DNA from: Tubiluchus corallicola
Lineage: Eukaryota; Animalia; Priapulida
NCBI GenBank assembly: GCA_030141605.1
Contig: JAQGDQ010000093.1
Coordinates: forward strand, 496,001-560,000
Direction of reading: 5' to 3'
DNA: 64,000 nt
Shown here: piece after piece, positions 50,984 to 63,362 of the stretch
Layout of the letters: every line of letters starts with the position of its first letter
Position numbering within the stretch: the first letter of the stretch is position 1
Made by a program: the position numbers and the translations under genes
Notes under the pieces: model-generated
The model's database searches: none
What the model was told of the DNA's origin: nothing
What the model saw: only the letters and a program-made list of their open reading frames with translations

Positions 50984-51328
50984 CATGTGTTTGTGTGCTG
51001 ATTAACATTATCTTACTTGTTATTGCATGTGTATGCATTTTTACCAGCTGTGATAGCAGCTCTTTTCTCCAAGGCGTTATAAATTCTAACAGGCAAGTAC
51101 ACAAACTCAACACCAGGCGAGTTTTAATAGCTACATAAAGAAACCATTGCACAACAGAGCTAGATCGTCCGGTCTTTGTGACACCGCAAAAATTACACAA
51201 TAAAACCCTCTTCCCAGGTTTTAGTAGCAGCTGCACTGGCTTAGATAATTGCTAGGAATGAGGTTAAAGTTGCGAGAGTGTAGGGCAGCTAAAACCCCTT
51301 TGAGATCCTATCGTATCGTAATATGCGC

Positions 51329-51789
51329 TTAAAGGGGGAAGGAAGGGCAATTTTAAAGTATCATACCAAAAAACTTTTTATACAATGTTAGATAACTTGG
51401 CATTGTGCTTACCTGTTTGAAAGACTTGCGTAATTGGAAAAGCAAAATCTTAATGATTTAAAATGTTCGTACTACCTGGTAAAATTGCACTGCATAACCT
51501 TCCCAGTGTGCACCACTGATTCACCAATAAATCCATTATTGATCTTGTTGACTATATAATGTAATTTAAACTTTTGCTTAGTTTGTGAAGAGTGTGCCAC
51601 GAATGCTCTGATTATTTTTTAAAACTATATGCAATGTCATCTGAACTTGTTTCTAATGATTTATATTTAAAATGGCTGCGCCTAACAGTCATCGCGGATG
51701 TTTAAGCTGTTTTTTCAGCGTTCCTGCTAACGCAAGTTCTGTGTGCAACAAGACAGCATGTAAATGATACAAAATTTCTATATGGTTTT
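51329..51789 (+). mobile_element. Family B-related element
   Basis: Starts TTAA-AGGGGGAAGGAAGGGCA and shares a core with 52931-53598. Confidence 0.6.
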
Positions 51790-52496
51790 TTACAGCAAAA
51801 CCTGACCCAAACTTAAACTGTAGGTCAAAAGATCTACTCTTTAAAATATTGAAAAGAAACATACTATTTTTTCAAAAATAATTTACGTGAAAGAATTATT
51901 ACCAACATAAACACTATATTACGTTTCCACCACTAGTTCTTCGCTGTTACATGCACTTCATCATTCGCTAGTTGGACGGGCACTAGTGCCTGCATTTCGC
52001 ATATGCATTGCACAAAAAACAGGTGCTGTACCTCTCAGTTCAGATGCGTTCGTTTTTGACGAACTGCAAACGTTCGAAAGGTTATGCGTGAGCACAGCGG
52101 TAAATTTGAAATTTGAATTTTTATCTTAAAACTTGCCTAGATTTAGTACAACACACTGAATATCTCTCAGTAGCACTGTACTTTAATTTTCACTTTCATA
52201 AACACGTGAAACACGCTCGTGGAATATTTTTATGTGATGTCATCAGTAGTTGGGCTCATCCGCCGTTAATTAAGGTGTGTTGAACTAAAACTAGGCAAGT
52301 GTTAAGATAATATAGTTTCAAACTCGTGTAATATTTTTGCTGTTGAAATTAATTTCAATTAATTAATTAAACAAGTTTTTAATCTATTATTTAATTAACA
52401 GCAACGACTTTGCATTATTAATTGCGTTGAAATGTGTACTTTTTATCGGACTTTGAAATGGGGTAGTATATGAAAAATCATCCCGTCTTCCTTTAA
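51790..52496 (+). mobile_element. TTAA family A element with an internal rearrangement
   Basis: Colinear with family A except 52274-52380. Ends CCCGTCTTCCT-TTAA. Confidence 0.82.
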
Positions 52497-52930
52497 ATGG
52501 GCTAATATCAGTGGGATCAAGTTTTAGTGTGTGCATTTCTCAAGGCCAACTATAGAGGGCTTTTTAACAACTTTCACACATGTATCGCCACCAGCCAATA
52601 TTGCAGTACCATTCACGATTTCTGTTTGTAATAAACAGTGCGAATATTTATTATAATACTGTTGCATAATTGTCCATTAAAATATCAGTAGCAGCAGTCT
52701 TCATTAAACATGACTACTTGCAATAAGTTAACGGCCCTATTTGCTGACTTGTTTAGGTTAAAACATCATTGGGCCAGAATTTCCAGGTTTACTCCATTAG
52801 TGAAGTGCAGTCTGGCAGAATTTGTTACTAATGTGTTGTGTCTTCCCAACGTTCTAAGTAATTATTTGTCTATAAACTGAAGTTTGGTGAAGCTTTGGTG
52901 ATTTTATGTGGTGGTAATAAGAGCCGTCTT

Positions 52931-53598
52931 TTAAAGGACAAGAAAAAGGGCACCTAAAGTAGGTTTCAGAAAAATCGCCTTAAAAATCATATTACTTTAT
53001 AGCAATTTTATGCACATATTGTACTCGCGTTAAAAGGATTTTTAAATCTCCCGCAATACTGTTCCGACAGCGCCATTACATGACGTCACTACGCACAACG
53101 TAAATCAGGGAAAGAAAAGGAAATGTTAAACGATGTCTCAAAAAACCTTCCGTGCAAAATTATGTTACTTAGCATTTCGCTTACCTACTGGAAAAACTTA
53201 GAAAAGAAAATTATTATTTGTTTAAAATGTTTTCACCAATTGGTAAAATGTCGCTGACTCACTCTCCAGGGTGCACCACTCACTAATCAAAAAACGTATT
53301 TTTAATCTTATTGACAACATACAGTAATTTAAATTTTACTTAGTTAGTGACGTGTGCACTACGAATGCTCTGATTATTTTTTTAAACTTTACTCAGTGTT
53401 ATCTAAACTTGTTTCAAATGACTTATCGTGAAAATGGCTGCGCCTAACGGTCATTCGCGAGAGTTTAAATTTACAAGTTTTATACAGCATTACTGCTGAC
53501 GCAAGCCCTGTATGCAAAAAGGCAGTATGTAAGCGGGATAAAATTTCAAGACGAATTTTTAAATCTTCATGTAAGTGGAGGGATTTCTTGTGTTTTAA
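52931..53598 (+). mobile_element. TTAA family B element, full length (~670 bp)
   Basis: TTAA-AGGACAAGAAAA...TTTCTTGTGTT-TTAA. Confidence 0.83.
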
Positions 53599-53917
53599 CG
53601 GAGAGACATTATCCACAAGGTCCAAAAATGTACAGTAGGTGGTAAACCCAAACATGAGCGTTGTATATTTCATAGCAAGCGAGTTAATGGTGTTATGTCT
53701 AGTCCTTGTCAGATACTAAGTGGCGTTTGCTAAAGCCACTCATCATTTCACAACTTGAAATTTTTACAGTCTGGACGCATGCGTGTGTGTGTGGGGGGGG
53801 GGGGGTAGGTGAGTGTGAGAATCCTATTAATAAATGATTGATTGATCGTTTATTAGCTAAAAAGAATTACATAGTGCAGGCCGAATAGTATCGTAATAAA
53901 AATGTTGTTGGTTCAGT

Positions 53918-54108
53918 GAAGACAGGATGGTTTTTTATATACTACCCCATTTTGAAGTCCGATAAAATGTATACATATTAATACAGTTAATACTGCAAAG
54001 CGTTTCTGATAACTAAATAATAGGTTAAAATCTAAATTAACGACCGGCGATCGCAAAATATTGATGACATCGCAAACTAACAAATATTTTCAGCAGCAAA
54101 AATATTAC
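53918..54108 (-). mobile_element. TTAA family A fragment
   Basis: GAAGACAGGATGGTTTTT..., the reverse of the family A right end. Confidence 0.7.
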
Positions 54109-54339
54109 ATACATTTGCATGGCGCTTGTATTTAAGCAGGCTACACAACTGTTCGTGGTGTATTACCTTTTATGCAATAATTGATCTGGTTGGTTATGTG
54201 GCTCTTATATAAAAGTAACTAGTATTTTCATGTACAATAGTGAAATGTTGGGCTTAACTGCAACTCAAGAAGCAGAAATAAATGTTTCACAAAGGCCTAC
54301 TCAGTAAAATCTTAAAAATAAAATGGCCATTATATCATT

Positions 54340-54865
54340 TCAAATGAAGAGCTGTATAACAGAATCAAAGAAGAACATTGGAGCACTAAAATCAGAATCA
54401 GGAGACTAAGATGGTTAATGAGATTACCAAAAACAACACCAGTAAGCTTAGCATTAAACAGAACCAAAGAGGATCTTTGGATCACTAAAATTAGAATCAG
54501 AAGACTAAGATGGGTAGGACATTTAATGAGATTGTCAGAAACAACACCAGTAAGGTTAGCATTAAACAGAACTAAAGAGGATCTTTGGATCACTAGAATT
54601 AGAATCAGAAGACTAAGATGGGTAGGACATTTAATGAGATTGCCAGAAATACACCAGTAAGATTAGCATTAAACGAGGCACTGAAACCTGCTAAACGACC
54701 TTCAGGCAAAACCAAAAGAACTTGGATGTCAAGAATTAATAAAGATTTACAACAGCTGAGATGAAACCTAACAATAGCACCACAGGAATAGAAAGTTTTG
54801 GCTGCAGACAGGAAACAGTGGAGAGCTCTAATAAAGGACTGAGACGCAATGTCTACAATAGATAA
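54340..54865 (+). mobile_element. RTE-type LINE 3' fragment with an internal tandem triplication
   Basis: IRIRRLRW(VGH)LMRL.ETTPV.LALN occurs three times. The tail matches 16060-16260. Confidence 0.82.
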
Positions 54866-55726
54866 TTAGAGCAACAGAAAAAGATATAAAAGTTGACTCA
54901 GCAGCTGCTTGTGGTGTATTATATAATACAAGCTTTGCAAGAATATGAAAGCAAGCGCATTTTCCGACGAAAATAAAAAAAGTTAGCACTAGTCTCCTAA
55001 AATCTGACACATTCTGTTACAACCTACTTTAGCCTGTTTGTAAATATGCTCCAGGTCCATTGTACACAAAATGTTCTGATGAACCTCAAAATAACAATCC
55101 TTAAAAACACTAAATCAGTATACACTCAGTCAATCTCACCCCCGCGGACGACAATGAGCACGTCCAATCTGAAACTCTATGGCTTCCCCGGTGGTCATTC
55201 CCACACGATATAGTTCCGTCTAGTAGCGCTGAATGCGACTGTTTTACCATGGCTTCCCTGTGGCCTGTTATCAGCGGGCAACAGATGTAGTTGTGAAGGC
55301 TTGGATGAAGCCAAGCGCTAATTACTACTGTCCTCGGCGCTGTCATTACCACTGTTTAGCTTGAAATTGCAATTCATGATCTATTACCGTGTAATTATGG
55401 AAGCCATGTTGTCTGGTTGATGGAGCTGTTGTTACGGACCTAATCGATAGATGGCTCTGTTGTTGCTGGAGACAGAAATCAACAGTTGCTTTTTCTGTCT
55501 GGAGGACAACTTATGTAGTTCCCTCCCCCACCAAAGAAAACTAATATATAGTCATCTCTTCTCAAGCTAGTAATTATTTTCATTAAAACTCATTAATTTA
55601 CATAGAAATAATTTTACACAGACTGACTGACTGATCGACCGACTGAATGACCAACAAAAAAACCTAACAACTATTGGACCGATTGACTGACGGAGAGAGT
55701 GGGAAAGAGAGAGAGAGAGAGATATA

Positions 55727-55734
<8 letters not shown>

Positions 55735-55761
<27 letters not shown>

Positions 55762-56305
55762 ATCTTTATTAAAGAAATGAATATATATACACAAAGGTGC
55801 CTCTTTTTGCAGGCTCAGATCAACAAATTACATTTTCACATAACAAATCTTTTAAATCCAGTTTCACACTATGTACAATGAATAACATTTTATACTTAAA
55901 TTAGATATAATTTCAAACGAATCACAAGTATTATACAAACAAATTAACTTTACACAACTACATAATTTTTTTTTATACTGGAGCGGGCCTAAATTAACAG
56001 TTACTTAGTATAAAATTGTCCCTGATCAGGTTAGTGAAAGCCATTATTAAATTTTTATCAGATTGAAGCATAATATTACGTGTATAATTGGCATCAGCTA
56101 TTTCCATGAACGGCATTCTTTTTGCATTATCTATTTTATTACATCTGAATAAAATGTGCTGAGGAGTTTGCTCTTCTTCTCCACATGGACATAAACTAGT
56201 ATCACACATATTAAGTCTATACAAAAAGCTGTTAAAATTCCCCTGGCCAGTTAAAAAGGACATGGCAATGGATTCTATTTTCCTTTCATTATTTCCAAGT
56301 GGCAA
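55735..56305 (-). mobile_element. 5'-truncated R1/LOA/I-group LINE 3' end
   Basis: FLTGQGNFNSFLYRL...CPCGEEEQTPQHILFRC (CCHC knuckle). Minus-strand AATAAA is followed by a (TTA)n tail. Confidence 0.8.
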
Positions 56306-56320
56306 ATTTAAGGGTGTACA

Positions 56321-56323
<3 letters not shown>

Positions 56324-56383
<60 letters not shown>

Positions 56384-56452
56384 CGGGGGGAGAGAAGGGA
56401 GGGAGAGGGAGGGAGAGGAAGAGCGAGAGGGAGGAGAGGGAGACGGAGAAAG
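56324..56452. repeat. (GA)n and purine-rich tract
   Basis: Visible directly in the sequence. Confidence 0.95.
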
Positions 56453-56523
56453 AAGCGCTTTAACTGTGTCTTTCTCTCAGTAGACACCTCGAGACAATTA
56501 AAAAGAACTCTTATTAGCATATT

Positions 56524-56822
56524 GCGCGTTCAGACTAGCGAGTTTTCTTGCCAAGTAACTCACCAGCGCGTTCAGACTAGAGAGCAAAACGTTCAGTGAC
56601 TTACTCTCCGACAGTAAGCGCGAGATGACACTGCCTTCTCCTTTTTTCGAGAACCATGGAGAGCAACTTTCCAAGGAATTCACACTAAACAGATACTCAA
56701 CGCGCGGCACTGTGGGAGAGTTTGCAATAACTTGCAGACAGTAACTCGCAAAACAGTTAACATTTGCAAGTTTGCTGTCAGAGAGAAAACTCTTGACAAA
56801 AATTCTCTAATCTGAACGCGCA
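56524..56822. mobile_element. Harbinger-like non-autonomous element
   Basis: TIR TGCGCGTTCAGA(C/T)TAG at both ends. Confidence 0.68.
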
Positions 56823-57325
56823 GTATCTGATTTAGTTATAATACAGAAACTTTCTTTAGAAGTCTTGCCTCGGGAATTAAACGTTCGTTGATATAATATT
56901 ACCGTAACTTTACTTCGTAACCTAACAATTACATGGATTTGAAAGGGCCTTTAGATTGTAACTTTTAACATTTCCCAACCATTATGCAGCCGTTGACCTG
57001 TACTTAATAGCAAGCGTATAAAATGTAATCTCAAGTTTAGTACATCGTTTAGTTTCTAAAAGTCAAAAGTCTTTATTGCATCTTTTGATAAAGCTTAATC
57101 TAGGAGGCTGAGCGATGTTATCATGATGGCATTTAAGGAAAGAGTTACGACTTCTGTCTCTGCGTGGAAATGATGTGTGTGATTTGATTTAGAGAATCCT
57201 GGATTTTCGGCTTGCCTCTTTGCTGGTTCTAAAAAGTTTGGGTGAAATTTCTGCCAACGAAGAAGCTTAAAAAAGTTGTGCGTTGGACCACCTCACGAAG
57301 TAATGGATTCTGTTCACTGTAATCG

Positions 57326-57797
57326 TTAATGAAAGACACGATGATTTTTCATATACCACGACCTTTTCATATCCAATAAAAACTATACATTATAACACAA
57401 TTAATACTGCAAAAGCATTTCTGTTAATTAAATAATAGATTGAAATTTAATTAAGGCGAGCGAGCCCAACTGGTGATGACATCACAAACTAACATAATTT
57501 TCAACATCAAAAACATTTCACGAGCGTGTTGACCGTGTTTGTGAAAGTGAAAATTAAAGTACAGTGCTACTGTAAGATATTCGGTGTGTTGTACTAAAAC
57601 TAGGCAAGTGTTAAGATAATATAGTTTCAAACTCGTGTAATATTTTTGCTGTTGAAAATTAATTTCAGTTAATTAATTAAATAAGTTTTTAATCTATTAT
57701 TTAATTACCAGAAACGCTTTTGCAGTATCAATTGTGTTAAAATCTGCATTTTTATCCTGACTTGAAAACGGGTTAGTATATGAAAATCATCCTGTCC
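57326..57797. mobile_element. Fold-back derivative of family A with two right ends
   Basis: 57326-57620 is the right end in minus orientation. 57630-57797 is the right end in plus orientation. Confidence 0.75.
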
Positions 57798-58407
57798 AAA
57801 AATAACATTCTCCATATTGTGGTTGAAACTTTGTAGACGACTGTGTTGGAATTAATGGTCATGTCTTTGTTTAAGTTGATGCTAACATTTATTTTTATTC
57901 TAAACATCGTTCGTTCAGCTGTTTTCACAAGAAGGTAGGCTATTTACTAAAACTGGAACTGTGTTGTTAGAGAATATCGTATTCTCTAATGCAGGATAGG
58001 CCTAATCCAGTTTCAAATCTCCAATGCATGTGTACAGCGCATTCGTTGACTTACCGACTGACCAATTATTTTGTTGACGATGATTGGCTAACTGTTTTAT
58101 CACTGCTGGGCAGAATGATTATAATAAAATAAAACATATTGTAAGCGAAACTGAGAAAGTAATTAACGGTAGTCCTGTCTTTTAAACGGTAGGCTATTCT
58201 CTACTTTTCACTACGTGAGACGTTTGTGTATTATTTACTTTAGTGAAAAGGTCAAAATAATTGCATTTGTCATCCTATAATCCTATAGCGTGCGGTGTAA
58301 ATGGGACTTTGTGCAAAATGCTTTTGTTGGGTCTTGCTAGTCTCGGGTAATCCTGTCCCTTGCGATTAGCAAATGTTGTACAAAAAATTGCTGATTTTTT
58401 GTTCCAG

Positions 58408-58464
58408 GTTTTCGAAGAGGTGCAGAGGGATTTGGGAAGACTTCATCTGGAGCTAAGTGTCTCG
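58408..58464 (+). other. Candidate 57-nt internal exon
   Basis: ctgattttttgttccag|GTTTTC...GTCTCG|gtaagt. Purine-rich, and open as VFEEVQRDLGRLHLELSVS or FRRGAEGFGKTSSGAKCL. Confidence 0.5.
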
Positions 58465-58649
58465 GTAAGTGTCAACATTATTTTCAAACATACCAACTGT
58501 TGTCTTACGGTGTGCTTTAGGTCTGTTTTAGGGAGCGTTATACTGATGTGGTCTTTACACAGGAACAGGGCTGTCTTAAAAGCATTATAGGCCCTTGGGC
58601 AAAGCAGGGCACTGGGGCTCCTCCCTACACAACCATGATCGATCAAATT

Positions 58650-59205
58650 AAATATATATTTATTGTAGTTAAAAACAACACAACTTTGTTAAAAACTTTT
58701 ATAAAAACGTTTCGACTAGCTGCTGCTCTCATCATCAGTCGTAAATTTACAAACATACAACCAGTTTATATAGTCAGAGCCTATTTTGCACTAATTAAGT
58801 AGTTAACTGAAACTATATAGATAAGAAATAAACGTTGGCTTCTGTTAACTACTTAATTAAAGCATAATAAGTTTTGCGTATATAAATTGATTGCATGTTT
58901 GTAAATTTACGACCGATGCTGACAGCAGCAGCTTGTCGAAACGTTTGATATGATTTTAACTTTTTAATGTAAACGTTTTAAATAAAGTTGTGTTGTTTTT
59001 TAACTATAAATGTTTATATGTACCTGTAATAAAAATTGGCTTCTGTTGACTACTTAATTAATGAATAAGTTACTGTATCATTTTTTACTGGTCTGCTTAA
59101 GCATTATCTATTTGACTTCTGTTCACTACTTAATTAGTGCATAATAGGCTCTGCTTATATAAATTGGTTGTATGTTTGTAAATTTATCAGTGATGATGAC
59201 AACGT
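58650..59205. mobile_element. Inverted and partially tandem Penelope-like pseudo-LTRs with degenerate hammerheads
   Basis: 58650-58810 is the reverse complement of about 58840-59020, with a third partial copy at 59115-59205. Hammerhead core motifs are present but degenerate, and truncated in the third copy. Confidence 0.65.
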
Positions 59206-59737
59206 CTCCACCTTCTTATCTGAGCAGAAAGCGAACAAACGAACCAGAAGTTAAATTCAAGTTCTCAACAGGTAGTACTATAACAGTGCACTAGCACTAG
59301 CAGTAGAAATTGCAAAGCATGCAATTGATTAATTAAGCTCTGCATATCTAGATGGAGTTAATGGAACCACGGTTTCAAACCGTCGTAGAACGATACAAGA
59401 TGGAATGGTTGCCATCTTCTAAGTTTATGCTGAAGTTATTCTGATTTTTGGCTTCAGCCCAAATTCAATCTTGAAGTACGAACAGGTGTCTGGAAGCCGG
59501 TTATATTTCAAGGCATAATTTTGCTCAGTTCTGTAAGTCTCTTTGGTGATCCATGAAAATGTTCTGGAACGGGTTTATTTTTCTTTTGAATAAACGGGGA
59601 AAACGATACCGCACTTCCGTGCAGTTTTCTGTGTGTGGCTTCCTCGAGTATGACGTCACAGGGCCGCTATTGAAGCCAACAGAACAAATGAGAACATCAA
59701 CAGCTGCATGTGGACGTGCTGGTTTCAATTGAAAGGC

Positions 59738-59843
59738 TTCTTTCTTCTCTGCCTGTTTCTCACTTTCTCTCTCTCTTTCTTATTTTTTGTCTTTCTCTTC
59801 CTTCTCTGCCTATCTTTCACTTACTCTCTCCCTTTCTTTTTGT

Positions 59844-59890
<47 letters not shown>

Positions 59891-60212
59891 CTTATTCTTT
59901 GTCTCTCTCCCTTCACTGCCTATCTTTCACTTTCTCTCTTATTTTTTGTTTCTCTTTCTCCACCTCTCTCTTTCAGTTCTCGCTTTCTCTATCTCTCTCT
60001 CCCCTCTGTCTCTATCTCCCTCACTTCTCTCTTTTCGTTTTTAACCTTTCGTTCCGTTTTCTTCATTCTCTTTTCTTTCCTCCGTTGTCTTTTCTTCTGC
60101 TCCACTCCATTTTTTATTATCCTTTTCCTCTATTCCTCTGCCTTCTCTCCCATTTGTTTTTTGCTCGCTATTTGCCTCTCCCATTTCTTTTTTGTCCCAG
60201 TTTTCTTGCTTT
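59738..60212. repeat. Pyrimidine-rich (CT) low-complexity tract
   Basis: Visible directly in the sequence. Confidence 0.93.
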
Positions 60213-60214
60213 CT

Positions 60215-60605
60215 GCTGTACCTCTCAGTTCAGATATGTTAGTTTGTGATGAACTGCACACGTTCGACAGCTCATGCGTGAACACAGCGGTAAATTTGAA
60301 ATTTGAATTTTTCCCTTAAAACTTGCCTAGTTTTAGTACAACACACTGAATATATTACAGTAGCACTGTACTTCAATTTTCGTTTTCGCGAACACGTGCA
60401 ACACGCTCATGGAATATTTTTGCTGTTGAAAATTATGCTAGTTTGCAATGTCATCAGTAGTTGGGCTTGCCCGCCATTAATTAAGTTTTTAATCTGTTAT
60501 TTAATTATCAGAAACGTTTTTGCAGTATTAATTGCGTTAAAATGTGTACTTTTTATCGGACTTGAAAATGGGGTAGTATATGAAAATCATCCTGTCTTCC
60601 TTTAA
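60215..60605 (+). mobile_element. TTAA family A element, right two-thirds
   Basis: Ends CCTGTCTTCCT-TTAA. Confidence 0.82.
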
Positions 60606-61038
60606 ATGGGCTAATATCAGTTGGATCAAGTTTTAGTGTGTGCGTTTTTCAAGGCCAACTATAGAGGGCTTTTTTATCAACTTTCAGACATATCACCACC
60701 AGCCAATACTGCAGTACCATTCACGATTTCTGTTTGTAATAAAGAGTGCGAATATTTATTATAATTGTCCATTGTTGCATAATTGTCCATTAAAATGTCA
60801 GTAGCAGCAATCTTCATTAAACATGTCTTCTTTTAAAACTGAATCGAGCCTTTCTATTTTATTTGTGTAACTAAAGTCTTGCTCTAGATTGTTGTTTGCT
60901 TGTAGTAAATTATTGTTACTGCAGCGTGAACTAAAGAACTAATAGTCTCTGTTATGTAGCTGTAGAATTGATTTACAATCGGCAAAAGATCTTTGAGAGT
61001 ATGCTAATCGTTTATCTAAAAGCTGCCTTTAAATAAAG

Positions 61039-61207
<169 letters not shown>

Positions 61208-61889
61208 CGCTAGCCAACTTTCAAAAAAACGGGCATACTTGGAGAAATAAACCGGCAGCATTGATGCTAAAAACGTCGGTGCTTTCTTCCCTCTTATTTT
61301 CTTTTTTGTTCTCTCCGCTCTCCACTCTCCCTCATCGCTTTCCTGAAACGCTATCGAATTGTTGCAGAAACTCAAACTCTCTGGAGTCAGCTTGACAGGT
61401 CGTCTTTTGCAAAGAGAATTTCGTATGAGAAACAGAAGGGCACTTGTTACTAAGTGACAAAAGTTTCAGTTTGGTTAAGCAGTTAACCTGATGGGAACGA
61501 AAGCAAAGAAACCACAAGGCGTCAGCTGTGAGGGACTCTAATGCGCATCAAAAGTGATTAGACGTGACAAGGTGTCGTGAGACCTTTAAACACTAAAAAC
61601 GTTTGTGAGAGGATTTTCGGTTTGGTTCGCCCAGGCACAACTAACGGATAATCACTGTATTTTATACGACGACTCTCATACACCAATCTTGCATGTTCCT
61701 TAAGCGTTGAAACAACAAGGTTAAATTTCAATAGCTAGCTTTTGTGGCGTCCATCTTGTTACTCAGGGCCTTTAATCGTGTCTTTGTATGTGTGTCTGTG
61801 TGTCCGCATGTTTACATGATGAAGCTACAATCACCAAACCTAGCACAGAGATAGGTCTGGATAAGACTTCCAAAAGCTTTGCGTTTTTA

Positions 61890-62252
61890 AACAAACAAAC
61901 ATACAGAAGTTTATACATAAACTTGATAAAATCCTAAGCAAAAAATATTTTTTGTTTACTAGCAGCCTAAATTGTCACAGTTTAAGCTTGATCCATTCAC
62001 GGTAAGGACGTGACAACTGACAACAAGCTGTATGAGCGACATTACTTTCTCTACTTGGGTTCAGACATGTGCGCATGCGCACAACAGCCAAACACCATGT
62101 TGCTGGGCTGTGAAGCAAACAGTACTACCCTCACGTGCTCTGGTTCCGTACAAGTATAAAGAAAGAACTAAAGAAAAAGGATTTACTGTATTGAATATTA
62201 TCGATAATACTGAGTGAAAATAAGGGGTGCTGCAGTTTCACACGAGCCGCAT
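61890..62252 (+). mobile_element. hAT family D, partial
   Basis: Colinear with 24290-24681 and ends CACGAGCCGC. Confidence 0.7.
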
Positions 62253-62970
62253 CTGTATCTGTGGCTCTTTTGTGTTTCCTTATTCTAGTTAAAATCAAAT
62301 TTTGTGTTAGAGTTCGCAATGTGTAATAAGAGTTTAGGTAATGGAATGATAATGAGTATAGTGAGAAAAATAATACAGTTTTGTAACATTTTTGTGGGGG
62401 GGGGGGGGGTAGATTAACGATATTAAATCAATCAAAATAAAGAATGAAATGCCAAAACCTTGAACATTAGAAACAAAGCTAATTTGGAATACTGAAGTAA
62501 CTTTAAAGATTTTTGATAATAAATTTTACACAAAGAAAATGATGTACGTTATTAACTAGATGACTGAAGTAATTCGTTTCTATGTTTTAATATTAGTGTT
62601 TTAATTTATGTGGAGAGTTTCATAGCTTAGGGAGTTCCATAAAATAGTTCGTAAAATAAATTCCATAAAATATATCTAAGAGTCACTTTTGGATACTTAG
62701 GTGGCGAGTATCAGTAGTCAACTTATTATCTGGAATAATTTTCAAAATACTTATTGGTATGGCCTAGTCAAGTAGAGAAAAATGATTTCTGGCATTGGAA
62801 GTAACACAAGTAGTCTGCCAAAATTACAGATATTACTGATAATATTACAAAGACAGGTCAATGCTGGTAAGAATATTAGGTGGTCTTTATCATTGAATAC
62901 AAATTTCTGTTGGCAATTTGGCGCTGTGCAAAAATCTTTATGTTTAGAATATAGTACATAGTTTTTACGT

Positions 62971-63362
62971 AATAAGCCTTTTCATAGTTTCAGCGATTGA
63001 TGATGATCGTGAAAAGGTCAAAGGTTAAGGGTATCAGACAATGCATTTGTACATACTTGACAACGAATCGCAGCCTATGGTGTTTTAATAGCAACAGGTT
63101 TAACAGCTAGCTAGAACCTTACCTAGTTCAGTTTTTTCTTTTTCGAAGCAAGATCCTGCTAGTAAATCAGTCTACTGCTAACGAACAGACTAATGCATAA
63201 TTAAGTAAAGTCTACGTAAAAGAACAGAAGTTACTGAACTAATGATTTGTGTTACCCATACGTCACGTGACGATTGTAGTTAAGACACGTTGCTGTGGTA
63301 CACTTAACCTTTGACCTACAGCAACTGCGCGTGCGCACATCGAAACTATGAAAAGGCTTATT
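62971..63362. mobile_element. MITE with a perfect 21-bp terminal inverted repeat
   Basis: AATAAGCCTTTTCATAGTTTC...GAAACTATGAAAAGGCTTATT. Second copy at 44424-44814. Confidence 0.8.
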
